Shown: positions 14,655-26,524 of the stretch, one piece after another
How positions within the stretch are numbered: the stretch's first letter is position 1
Layout: every line of letters starts with the position of its first letter
Source of the DNA: Euglena gracilis
Taxonomy: Eukaryota
DNA length: 64,000 bases
Assembly: GCA_039621445.1 (NCBI GenBank)
Contig: CP154954.1
Location: 38,611,703-38,675,702, forward strand
Direction: 5' to 3'
Position numbers and translations under genes: made by a program
The notes under the pieces: generated by a model
Database searches by the model: none
What the model saw: only the letters and a program-made list of their open reading frames with translations
What the model was told of the DNA's origin: nothing

Positions 14655-16099
14655 AGAGAACATTTTATCGAAAAAATTGAGTTTCAAAAAAGAATTTGAT
14701 TAGATCAGCAGGGATGAATTGGAGACCTGACCTCTATCGGGATTTCTTGGGAACATAGGGACTCCCGTGGTCTGTTGAAATAAAGGTGAGACCGTCCGCA
14801 TTATCAGGCTGGGCCAAAAAGGGGGTAAAAAAAGCCAAAAAGCGTGCGCTTGGGGGGGGTTTCCTCCTGGCCTTGCCTGAAAAAAAAACCCCAGCTCGGC
14901 TTCTTTTTACCCCCCCCCCTTTATTTGACCCCCTTTAAAAGTTTTTTTCATGCGCCGAAGGCACCGAAAAAAAAATTTGCCCTATTTAAGGAATTTTTGA
15001 CCCCCCCTTATTTGACCCCCGGGGTCCTTTGGCCCATGGGTGTGCTCAAATAAAGGGGGGGGGGTATATTATTCAAAAAGGGGGTGGTGGACACGGGTTC
15101 TGTCCTGAACCCGGCTTCCGGGGACGCCAGGTTCAGGACAAACTTGTCCGGTGCATTCTTCTCCTCGGTGCACATTGAAGATTGGCAGGGTCGCATGAAA
15201 ATCCTTCACAAATGAGAGTGTTTGCATCTTGAGAGGCAGAAAACTCTCCAATCCAACCCCACCCGTTTGTTTGGGTTTCTGAAAGTGAAAGTGACAAATT
15301 GGAGCAGCATTCCCAATTTTGGCAAATGGCAAGCATTTCTGACAGACAATTGACATTAATATGACATTTAGACATTTGACAAATGTCAGAAACCCCGATG
15401 CACGTTAGGAATGGCCCATCCCACATTAATGTCCGCCATAGTGGGCCAGCCTGTTTTTTTTTACGTTGCTTTTTTTTTTTTTTAAATTCTAACCATGTTT
15501 TTTTAAAGAAAAACAAAAAAACGCCCACTAGGTTTTGCGTGGAAATTTTTTTGAATGCACATTTTCAATCATTTTGGCAACTTCTGGGTAATTTCTGCCA
15601 AAAAATTCCTTCTACAAAAATGAAAAAAAAGTCATAAAATTCCATTTCTGTTGCATTTTGGATGTTTTTGACTGTTTTTGGCAGTTTTTGAACCGAGCAG
15701 GATTCAAAGTATGGTTTGGGTGTTTCATACTGAGTTTTCTCAATGAAATTTTCCTTTTGTTTTTTTTTGGATGTTTTTTACTGGTTTTTTTTAAAAAAAA
15801 CACATTTTTTGTTGTTTTTAAAAAAACAAAAAAATGCCCACTATGATGTCCGCCCTCCTGCAGGACATCAGCGTATTGAGTGGGACCACTTCACAGAAAT
15901 TGACTAGGATCCAGCAGTGCAAATTTTGGCAAATGACAAGGGTTTCTGACAGACATTTGACATTAAAACAACATTTAGACATTTGTCGGCTGTCAAATAT
16001 TCGTGTTCCCCGTAAGGAATCGCCCGGCTTGAATTAATGTCCGCTCCCCAGAGGGTAGCACGGTAGTACAGAACATTGTTAGATCTGTGAGATCACTGA

Positions 16100-18910
16100 G
16101 AAGACTTAAAGATATCACAAGGCGCCGAATTCTCTCGGCATCCAGCTCTCCTCTGATGACAAAGGTTTGCCAAACAATGCTGTCAGGGCATGATCTTTTT
16201 TTCTCTACTTCAGATCACTGACAAGAAATTGCTGAATTCAATCAAGCAGGAACGGCTGTCAGTATCTGAGGCGCTGTTGCAGATGTCGTCTCACAAAAGC
16301 GGAAGCATAAATTCTGAGACCTGTACACAGGTGGATTGACCATCGTGTTTGATTTCTGCTTCCTGTTGCTGTGCCTAGAAACTGCCCAGAAGGTTTTTTT
16401 TGTTTGTCTATCTGTTTTGTTTGCAACAAAATGGTAATCTGGTTCTGATTTACAAAGACTTGAATCATTTTTTTGGTGCCACATCTTTGGGGCGGGTTTG
16501 GGCCAGATGTGGTAGACATTTGTGCTGGCCACTTTTGGTCCAGCACATCTGGCCAGTTTCGGGCCAGAAATGGTGGCCAGTTTTGGGCCAGATGTGCTGG
16601 CAGTTTTGGGCCACAGGTCGTGGCAGTTTTGGGCCACAGAGGTCGTGGCCAGTTTTGGGCCAGAGGTCGTGGCTAATTTTCGGCCACAGGTGGTGGCACC
16701 GCCAGTTTTCTCAACACGCCCCCCCCCCTCACCCCCCCCACACAATAGGTCCCGTTGTGAACAAAAAAGTTAACCACTTTGACGCCAAAGCTAGTTCACA
16801 TGGGCAGAAGTGTGGATATGCCCAACACCAGGCACCGAGTACCACCTCCCCCCCCTAATTGACCCCCCCCCCTAATTGACTAATCGCCCCGGGGAAAATT
16901 TTTTCGACCCCCCCCCTAATTGACTACCCGGGGGGGATTCTATGCTGAAGCACCCCCTAATTGACGGTACCCCCCCTAATTGACCAACCCCCCCCCTAAT
17001 TGAACCCCCCCCCCCTAATTGACCAAAAGGGGGGTCCCGTGGAGAGGTCTGGATTCGGCTGTTGCGTGTGCCTCAACAACTTGCCCAGGAGCGGCTGTTG
17101 CATGTCCTTTGCAAAAAATCAAAATTGGGGTTTGATGATGTGCCAGACTCTGTGTGGTGGCATTTGGTGTGTAGAGGTGTGCCAGACTTTGTTAACATAA
17201 TTTTGTCGTACATTTTGCGTTTTGCCATGCCAGTGCTGGGCCACCTCTTTAGTTTTTGGCCATTTTTTGTCTTTACCACATCGTGGCAGTTTTTGGGGGG
17301 CCAGAGGGCTGGCCACTTTTGCCAGAGTCGTGCTATTTTTTGCCCACATGGTGGCACCCCCCCCTCACCCCCCCCCCACCCCTAGGCCGTGTCGGGAACA
17401 AAAGTTAACGCACTGCTCACATGGGCGGAGAAGTGGGTTTGGATATGCCCAACAACCCACCCCACCTCCCCCCCCTATCCCCCCCCCTAATTGACCGCCT
17501 ATTCGACCTCCCCCCCGACCCCCCCCCCTAATTGACTTACCCGGGGGGGATCCCCCCCTAATTCTCCACGGTCCCCCCCCCTAATTCACCCCCCCCAATT
17601 GACCCCCCCCCCCTAATTCCCCCCCACCCCATTCCCCCCAATGTTTGGAAAAAATTGGTTGAGGTGAAAACGCTCCACGGCCAAAAAAAATGCTCTAATG
17701 GCGTCGACGGAGGCTAGGCGCGCCGCTCGGGGGGGGGGGGGGGCCGGGACCCCCCTCCCTCCAGCCCCCCCCCCGCCCGTGGCCGCTCGCCCCCCCTGGA
17801 CCCCCCCCACTATGCCTAGCACAGCCAAGAAAAAAAATTTTCACCAAAAAAATTTTGGTGAAAAAATCGCGATTTTTTGAGGCCACAAAATGACCAAAAA
17901 ATGACCATTTTCGGACACAAAATGGCAAATTTGAGGGCCGCGCGCTCTGCGCGCGGCCAAAAAAAGTACTTTTTGGGTCAAAAATGGCCCAAAAATGGCA
18001 AAAAAATGACCACTTTTTGGACCCGAAAATCACCGATTTTAGGATGCGTTCCGCCCGCGCGGCCGCCCTCGGACCCCCCCCGCCCCCCCGCCCCCCCGCG
18101 CGGCCGCCCGCGCGGCCGCTCGCCCCCCCCCCCAGCAATCCTGATGACAAAAACCCCGTCAAAAACCCCCTGGAATTCTGACTGATAAATGTCCGTGAAA
18201 AACCCCTGACAAATGTCCTCGTTTTTGACGATGATTGCACTGCTGCTAGGAACTGGAAAAAAGCGCCCACCACGCCACACGCTGTGACATCCACCACCTC
18301 AGAAGGCACAGTCACATGGTGAGGTCGCGGCCCAGAGCTAAAGCTGCTGCTGCAACGGAGGAGAACAACGGAGGAGAACTTTTTCGGCAACCAAATTATG
18401 CAGTATGCAGTTGGATTTGTACTGTAGTTGCATCAACGACTTCCACTGATGACAAAGGTTTGCCGAACAGTTCTGTAAGGGAATGTACATTTTTCTCTGT
18501 TGCAGATCTCAATGGCAGGAAATTGCTGAAGTTTATCATGCTTGAAATGAACTTATTTGAAGGAGGTTGGTAATCTGGAGCTGAGCATGTCCCTGCTAAA
18601 CTGCTCCATTTGTTTTCATTACGGCCAACAACGTGTGTATGTTCTGGTTCCTGTTGCTGTTCCTGTTTGCTTTACAATGTCAAAATACTGGCCAGCTTTG
18701 GGCCAGATCTGCTACCCAGTTTTGGGCCACATGCTGGCCAGTTTTGGGCCAGATGTGCAGATGTGGTGGCTAGGTTTGGACAAGATGTGCTGGCCAGTTT
18801 CGGCCACATGTGCTGGCCAGTTTTGGGCCACATGTGCGGGCCAATTTTGGTCCAGATGTGGTGGCCAGTTTTGGGCCAGTTTTGGGCCACCTGTGCCAGC
18901 CAATTTTGAG
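16100..18910 (+). repeat. Dispersed repeat pair with ~20-bp GGCCAGTTTTGGGCCA minisatellite (16480-16710, 17190-17350, 18690-18910)
   Basis: Shared CTGATGACAAAGGTTTGCC block at ~16153 and ~18446, each followed by degenerate tandem units. Confidence 0.7.
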
Positions 18911-19008
18911 CCGTACAGGAGAGGCTTTAAATCCGATGGCCCATTAATTCGTAAAATCTAATGCCGTGGCTTTTATCCCCGCACGACCCCCAAGATTCGG
19001 CGCCTTTA

Positions 19009-19353
19009 CCATCCCCCCCCCCCATTATGTACCTCCCCCCGGGAGGCCGAAATTGGGGGGGAGGTACATAATGGGGGGGAGGTACACAATGGGGGGGGGG
19101 GTACCCAGGTCCCATTCCAAGACCCGACCGAACAGCCCAAAGGGGGTCATTTTTGGCAACTTTTTGGATGTTTGCAATAAATGGTCAATTTTCAGCACAT
19201 TTGCCAAACATCACTTTTTGAAAACGTCCCAAAAACGTCGATTTTTGAGCATTTTTTGGGAAATTCTTTAGAAAAAGTGTTACCCCCCCATTATGTACCT
19301 CCCCCCCAGGGGGTACACAATGGGGGGGGGTACATAATGGGGGGGGGGGATGG
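19009..19353. mobile_element. TA-flanked (Tc1/mariner/pogo-like) MITE, ATTATGTAC-core type
   Basis: TA|CCATCCCC...GGGGATGG|TA with repeated subterminal (C)nATTATGTAC units inverted at the other end. Confidence 0.8.
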
Positions 19354-19400
19354 TATCCCGACGCAAAAAAATCCCGTGAATAAAAGCCGGCAGAAATAAG

Positions 19401-19845
19401 CAGGGGGGGGGGGAATGCGCTCGCCCGGCCTCGGAAAAAATGCGCAAAAATGCGCAAAAATGCGCAAAAAAATGCGCAAAAAATGCGCATTTTTGGAAAA
19501 AATGCGCAAAAATGTGCAAAATCCGAGAAAAAATGCGCAAAAATCACGAAAATGCAAAAATTGCCCAAAAACATGCAAAAATTGCACCAAGTTTGAAGAA
19601 ATTATGTAGCATAATGAGGAAAATGTATGTTTCAAAAAAAGTCAAAAATTTAAAATTTTTGCAAAAAAATTGCAAAAATGGTCAAAAAATGCGAAAATTT
19701 TGAAAAAAAAAAAAAAAAAAATAAAAAAAAACGAAAAAAATGCGCAAAAAATGCGCAAAAATGCGCATTTTTGGAAAATTTGAAAAAATGCGCAAAAAAT
19801 GCGCAAAAATGCGAAAAAATGCGAAACGCATTTCCCCCCCCCCTG
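19401..19845 (+). mobile_element. CAG(G)n-terminated element filled with AAAAATGCGC tandem repeats
   Basis: TIR CAG(G)nAATGCG...CGCATTT(C)nTG; flanking direct repeat AATAAG; relative at 4507-5464. Confidence 0.75.
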
Positions 19846-19863
19846 AATAAGGCCACCTGTTTA

Positions 19864-20105
19864 CCACCACCCCCCCCCCCTAATTGACCGTGGGACCTCT
19901 CCACGGGACCCCCCTTTTGGTCAATTAGGGGGGGGGTCAATTAGGGGGGGGTACCGTCAATTAGGGGGGGGGGGTACCATCAATTAGGGGGTGCTTCAGC
20001 ACGGAATCCCCCCGGGTAGTCAATTAGGGGGGGGGGTCGAAAAAATTTTCCCCGGGGCGATCGGTCAATTAGGGGGGGGTCAATTAGGGGGGGGGGGGGT
20101 GGTGG
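19864..20105. mobile_element. TA-flanked MITE, TAATTGAC-core type (reverse homolog at ~16842-17050, decayed copy ~17460-17620)
   Basis: TA|CCACCACCCC...GGGGTGGTGG|TA; multiple (C)nTAATTGAC units. Confidence 0.8.
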
Positions 20106-20195
20106 TAACGTGCCAATGTCGATGGCTAGGAAGAAGTAAGCGTCCCTTTAATCGGCGGAGAGTGTCAGTGCCCCTAAGTGGTTGCCCTCCCTTTG

Positions 20196-20558
20196 GGGGT
20201 GAGGCGGGTTGCGGGGGGGGGATGCGGGGGGGGTGAGGGGGGGGGGGGTGCGGGGGAAAAACCGATTTTTCCAGGTCAAAATTAGGAATCACCAAGTCGC
20301 AAAATTTGGATGATGCCACCAAAAATTAGGCATTCCCACACATCAAATTAGGATTTCGGTTCCAAATTGGGCATTGCCAACCCAAAATTTTGACCCATTT
20401 GCCCTGATTGGAGCCAAAAATGTGCTCAACAACTATATTTTAACCAAAATTAGGCATCTCCCACCCGAAAGAAATTTTCCCTGAACTGGGCCTCCGGTCG
20501 GGTTGCGGGGGGGTTGCGGGGGGGGGGGGTTGCGGGGGGGTTGCGGGGGGAACACCCC
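20196..20558 (+). mobile_element. MITE with GGGGTG...CACCCC ends and 5-bp TSD
   Basis: TSD CTTTG; internal AAATTAGGAATC/AAATTAGGCAT repeats; relatives at ~8680-8965, ~22365-22606 and 23746-24069. Confidence 0.75.
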
Positions 20559-20562
20559 CTTT

Positions 20563-20801
20563 GGGGGGTCGGCACGCCGTGGCGAGCCGTCCGGCTAGGG
20601 GGGGGGGAGGGGGGGGTTTTGGCGTGGCGAGGGGGTCCCGGACGGGGGGGGGGGGGGGGGCGCGGGGGTTTTCCAAGAAAATTTTCTTTGGCGCGGCTGA
20701 CATGGCGTGGCGAGGGGGTCTAAAAAGGGGGGGAGGGGGGGGGTAAAATGGCGTGGCGAGGGGGTCGGTGAGGGGGGGGGAGAGGGGTGTGCCGACCCCC
20801 C
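20563..20801 (+). mobile_element. MITE family D (a diverged reverse copy lies at ~21378-21570)
   Basis: Near-identical to 14412-14654; TSD TTT. Confidence 0.88.
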
Positions 20802-23745
20802 TTTGTATGACAGAGGGCCTTACTCCGTTGAAGGCAGAGGTGAGTTTCCATTGGTTTTGGGATGATTTGGACAATGGGGGGTCGGCACGCGGTGGCAAGG
20901 GGCCTGGCTGACCGAAGGCCGGCCCTTTGGCAGGACCCCCCCATGTAAGACCCCCCCCCCATACACTTTTCATTTTTTCTGGGGATTCCAATTTTTTTTT
21001 GACAAAACTGTTTTTCCCGTTCCAGTCGGGACCAAATACTCCCGTCCGTTCTACTGAAAAGAGTTACAAAAAAAACAACAACGTCGGCTCCATGACATTT
21101 TTTAGCCTTCCTTGGCCCGGACCGAATTTAATCCCACGAGGTTTGGTGCCAAAACCGAATTTAATCCGGGCGCCTTTAATCCCTGCGTATTAAGTACCCG
21201 GCGCCTTTAAACTACCCCCCGTGTAAGACCCCCCCAGGATTTTGGCTCCCGAGGGGGGGTCTTATATGGGGGGGGGGCATGGTAGTCAGCCAACTAGTCG
21301 GCCGACTACCCACTCTAATGTACTAACGGGTCAAGTTCGCCGACTTTTAAGCCACCCCCCCCCTCAAAGAAATCATTGGGGGGTCGGCACACCCCTCCCC
21401 CCCCCACTGACCCCCTCGCCACGCCATTTCCCCCCCTCCCCCCCCTTCTCAGACCCCCTCGCCACGCCATGTTAGGCCTGCCAAAGAAAATTTCCTTGGC
21501 AAACCCCCGCATACCCCCCCCTCCGGGACCCTCGCCATGCCAAAACCCCTCCCCCCCCCCTAGCCGGAGGGGTCTTACCCTCACACCCCCAATTTGGCTA
21601 ATGGCCGGGCTCCTTCAGACCCCCATTAGCCAATTGGGGGGGGGGCACAATTAGGGGGGGGGCTCGAGGAACCCGACCCCATAATTTCTGACGTGTGCAA
21701 AATTGGTCGATTTTTTGTGCATTTTTGAATTGGTCATGACTTTTTCTTATCCGGCAATTTTTAACATTTTCGAAACGGACGTTTTTGGAGGTTTTCTGAG
21801 CCCTTGCCGAAATTGGCCAAAGTTGGCCAAGGGAAAGTCCATTGGCCAATAGGGTTAACCCCCCCCCTAATTGGCGAATGGACCTCCCTTAAGGATCCCC
21901 CAATTAGCCAATTAGGGGGGGGGGATTAGGGGGGGTGAGGGCATATGGGGGTCTTACCCCCCCCCCCTTATTGTCTCCCCCCCCTTATTGTCCCTGGGCC
22001 CCGGCCGACGGGGGATTTTTTGGCCCGGCCAATGAAATTCCTTTGGTACCCCCTTATTGTCCCCCCCCCTTATTGTCCGGTCGGGACTCCCGGGGAGAGG
22101 TCGGTGGGACAATAAGGGGGAGGGGGGGGGTGGTATATGGGGGGCATGGTACCCACTGCCCCCCCCCCCCCGTTTCGCCGACTAGCTACCGACCAGGCCC
22201 AGTTGGCCGACCAATTGGGTAATCGGCCGACTACTCAACCGACTACCCACTGCCCCCCCCCCCCGGTCTACCGTTTGGCACTCAGGGGGATACAAGAAGT
22301 GTGAAAGTAGGGCCAAGACGCTAACACCTTTTTGAAGTCCAATGCGCCAAAAAATTGAACTAGGAGGGTGTTGCCCCCGTGTCCCCCCGCCATGTCCCCC
22401 CCCCCCGTGTCCCCCTTGTCCCGGACTAGCGACCTCTTTCAATCCCCGAAAAAATCACCCTTCAAAATCCATAAACAAAGGAAGTCACCCCAAAAAACTG
22501 AGATTTTGAGGCAAAAAATGGCCCTTCCCAAAAGCGGCATGTTCCCCCCGTGTCCCCCCCCCCCGTATCCCCCCCCGTGCCCCCCCCCCATGTCCCGACC
22601 CACCCCCTAGAAAAGCAAAACCATGGGAAGAACCCCTTTGGAAACCTCCCAACTCAACCCAACTGTTGACTTTGCAACCAGGGGGGGGGGGGCGAAGAAG
22701 CCATTTCTCACTTTGCGCAAATTATTTGTTTCATTGAGATTGACCCACAGAGTTTCCCCAAACTCGGCTGGTCAAGAAAATAGAGGGAGGGGGACTCATG
22801 GGGAATCGTTTTGGATTCAAACGGCCAAGGTCAAAGTGGTTTGTGGGGTCCCGAAAAAAACATTGGCATGAAAGGTGGGAAAAAAAAGGCGGTGTGTGGC
22901 CAAACTCAAGCATCAAGAAGTGCCAGGGTTTTAGGGAGGTGAAATGAGCATTTTATCAAGGGCTTCAGTTTGGCCGCCAAAGGCGGCAGACGGTAAGTGA
23001 TTTTGCAATTTTATTTTTTAGAAATGTGATTTAACTTGTCAGGTGGCCGCCAAAGGCAGGCGAGACGGTAATGCCCTTTGAACCATTGAAAATGGTACCC
23101 CCCCCCATATTGTCCCCCCCCCATATTGTCCCTCGGCCCGGCCGACGAGGGTTTTTTTTGGCTCGGCCAATGAAATTTCCTTTGGTACCCCCATATTGTC
23201 CCCCCCCCATATTGTCCCGTCGGGCCTCTTGGGGAGAGGTCGGTGGGAGAGGTCGGTGGGGGGGTGGGTATTGCAAAGAAAGACACCACAGTCATGCCAC
23301 AAAAATTTTGTATTTCCAAAATCCGGGGGGGGCTGCCCCCCCCCCGACCCCCCCTTGTGACACCTATGATCCCTGACACCAATGCGTCACTCTCCGGTGT
23401 CACCCAGAAGGGGCTAGAGCCCCCACTGGGCCACCCGGGTTCCCCAAGGAGGAACCAACGGTCTGATCCACAGCCCCCCTTCCATTTCGAACTTTTCATT
23501 GGTCTTGCCTGTTAACCTTGGGTCCAGCCCCGAGGCTAGGTGAGGATTGTCGTCCGCACCACCACCCGGCCATGGACGCCGGGCCTGGGGTTTAGCAAAC
23601 GCTGCTGCAAGTGCGCAGCACCCCTGAGGCTTCCTAGTCTGATGGCCGACAGCGAGTCCCACAGCACCAGGAAGTGTGATACTAGTTGAAGGTTCAGGTC
23701 GGCGGAAACAACGGTGGTGGGGCGAACCGAATCCACCGACCAATG

Positions 23746-24069
23746 GGGGTGGTTCGGGTCACGGGGGGGTCACGGGGGGGGGGGGGGTCACGGGGGGAAC
23801 ACCACATTTTTGGTGGCAAAATTGGGAATCACCGAGTCGAAATTTTTGGAGAAAAATTCCACAAATTAGGAATCCCCACACCCAAAATTAGGAGTTTGAC
23901 ACCAAATTAGGAATCACCAAGCCCAAATTTGAAAAATTTACGCCTCAAAATCAGAAATCTGCCCCAGAATTTTATCAAATTAGGCATCACCAGCCAATAT
24001 TTTTCCCGACAAAATTTCGCCGAAAAGGGTCCTTGTTCGGGTCACGGGGGGTCACGGGGGAAACACCCC
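23746..24069 (+). mobile_element. MITE with GGGGTG...CACCCC ends and 5-bp TSD
   Basis: TSD CAATG; removing it restores a match to the uninterrupted repeat at ~24909-24952. Confidence 0.8.
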
Positions 24070-24084
24070 CAATGGCACAGCCTA

Positions 24085-24291
24085 CCATGCCCCCCCATTG
24101 TGTACCCCCCCCATTGTGTACCTCCTGGGGGGGGACACAATGGGGGGCTCATGCACCTGCTCTCATGAAGAATGCACCTCCCCATTGTGCAGGCATGCCC
24201 CGCCCCATTGTCTACCTCCCCCCCCATTGTGTTCCTCCCCCCCCCCCAATTTCGGCCTCCTGGGGGGAGGTACATAATGGGGGGGGCATGG
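24085..24291. mobile_element. TA-flanked MITE, ATTGTGTAC-core type
   Basis: TA|CCATGCCCC...GGGGCATGG|TA. Confidence 0.8.
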
Positions 24292-25778
24292 TAATAGATT
24301 TGACGAGTTCAGGGGAGTGGGGCTATATGGCAGGGCAAACCGCAAAGATGGCGGAGGCAGTGTTTCATGGGGTGCTCAAAGGTGCAGAAGGGAGGCGGGT
24401 CTTGGTGCAGAGGGAAAGAGGTGGTAATGCTGAGTTATGGAATGGCCGGGGCAGGTGTGATGTCTTGGTGCCAGAATGGTTGCTAGGCAGCTGGTGTCAC
24501 GGTGGGATGTTCATGCCTGTGGTGAACCTTGCTACTTGTCTTGTTGGTTCTAGCGTGTTCCTGTCCCCTTCTTGGGGGAGGTCGGGAATGCGATCAGGGT
24601 GGGGGGGGTGTGGTCCATTTTATGTTTTTTCGTGCTCCGTTTTCCTCCCACCTTTTTGTGGGGTTTATGCTATGCGCAATTTTGCTGAGAGCAGTTTTGT
24701 GATTTGCCTCACCAGGGCAATGGACAATTGTTCGTGAGGCTCGTTCGCTTTGGTTTGGCGTTGCTCCCCTTCTTGCCAAGAGGCCTCCCTTTGTAGCATG
24801 AGGTTGACGTTCTTGGCTCCTTCTGGGCCCAGCCGCCCCATGTACCAAAGGCGAAGTGGTGAAAATACACCCTGCTTTGCGGCAAGGCTCATCATACATG
24901 TGTGAGAGCGGTGGTGGGGCGAACCGAGTCCACCGACCAGTGGTACAGCCTACTGGATTTTAAGACATACAAATCTTGATGAAGGGCCAGGTCATAGTAG
25001 GTGGGTTTTCTTCAGTCTTGTCGACGCGGTTCCAACATGCAGGGGCTTGTTTGGCTGTGTTGGTCAATGGCTGCCCCGGTGCTTCCTGCGTGCGGCCGGC
25101 CGTCTTGCCGACCGCGCGGTGTGACACTGGTTAGGAACAAACAAACTCTTACCTGGATGACAAACGTAATCCGTTCCGCTGGTGGCGAGCAAAATTGACC
25201 ACCCAAAAGTGGGTCCCCCAGCCCCTTCCGGAGCCAACTCCGCTGGGGAAGGGGTGGGTGGGTGGGTCAAGACCCGGGTCCTGAAAAAAACCGTCTGGTG
25301 GGAGGACTGCAGGGGTGATCACCTTTGAACATTCACCGGGGGGGGTGCCCTTGACCGGTTTTGATGGTTGGGGGTGATTTCAATGGGTACAATTTGCTCT
25401 TTTTCCTCTCAAAGGTCATTTTCAGGTGGCTGGCTCATGGACTTTTATCAAAATTTCTAAAAATTTGCCAAAAGTGTGTTTGGCAGAGGGGGGGGTCCGG
25501 GTCCCTGCTTTGAACTGCTTGCGTGCTGCTTCGGTGGTTGAACAGTTTTGGCGTCCTTCACCAACAAGGATGATGTCAGGTCACTCCTGGGTGACCTGAC
25601 ATGATCCCTGGGGGGGGGTGCCCGGTTGCCATTACTTTGGCACCTGGGATTCATGATAAGTGGCCAAAATACTGGCCCGTTGTTGCAGAAACTTGGCATC
25701 ATTTTGGTGCCAACATTTTGGCAACTCTGAGCCAAAAGACCAGGCCAAATACCTGGCACGAGGGGCCAAAGGTGAAGC

Positions 25779-26433
25779 GGTACTTGTTCGCTGCACGACC
25801 GCCAGTGAATTATGGGGTCATTTGAAGGAGTAGTGTTAGGTGCGCACATGGGAGGCCAGGCACAGCGGGGGGGGGGCTGAGGGGGGCGAGTGGCCGCGCG
25901 GGCGGCCGCGCGGGGGGGAGGGGGGGGAGGGGGGTCCGAGGGCGGCCGCGCGGGCGGAACGCATCCTAAAACCGGTGATTTTCGGGTCCAAAAAGTGGTC
26001 ATTTTTAGCCATTTTTGGGCCATTTTTGCCCAAAAAAGTGCTTTTTTGGCCGCGCGCAGAGCGCGCGGCCCCCAAATTTTTGGTCATTTTTGGGCCTCAA
26101 AAATCGCGATTTTTTCACCAAAATTTTTTTTCTTGACTATGCTAGGCACAGGGGGGAGGGGGGGTCCAGGGGGGGGGCGAGCGGCCGCGCGGGCGGCCGC
26201 ACAGGGGCCGCGCCGGGGGGGGGGGGGCGGGGGGGTCCCAGACCCCCCCAAGCGGCGCGCCTAGCCTCCATGGCCAGGTTGCGCAACATGGCCATTTTGC
26301 GCACATGGCCATGTTGCGCAACATGGCCATGTAGCGCAACATGGCCATGTGCGCACCTAACCCTACTCCTTCAATAACCCTAAAAAATCCGACTGTAAAA
26401 ATTTCACTGGCGGTCGTGCAGCGAACAAGTACC
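25779..26433. mobile_element. Non-autonomous Merlin-type fold-back MITE
   Basis: TIR GGTACTTGTTCGCTGCACGACCGCCAGTGAA; perfect 8-bp TSD GGTGAAGC; internal inverted arms and tandem ACATGGCCATGTTGCGCA-like units; shares GGTACTT termini with the adjacent Merlin. Confidence 0.85.
25851..26269. mobile_element. MITE with 3-bp TSD (PIF/Harbinger-like) nested in the Merlin-type MITE; related copy in opposite orientation at ~17710-18135
   Basis: TIR GGAGGCYAGGC...GCCTAGCCTCC flanked by ATG/ATG. Confidence 0.75.
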
Positions 26434-26524
26434 GGTGAAGCTGCAATTGGATATGTTTACCATGCCCCCCCGATAGTGTCCCCTGCCACAGGACCCGGCC
26501 GGCGGTCCTAAAGGAATTTTATTG

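Noticed and set aside
16480-18910. Regular ~20-bp repeats resembling a CRISPR array
   Set aside because: Degenerate tandem units without unique spacers, no cas genes, eukaryotic context.
26351-26385. CCCTAA-like telomeric seed
   Set aside because: Only one or two imperfect units, part of a MITE arm rather than a telomere tract.
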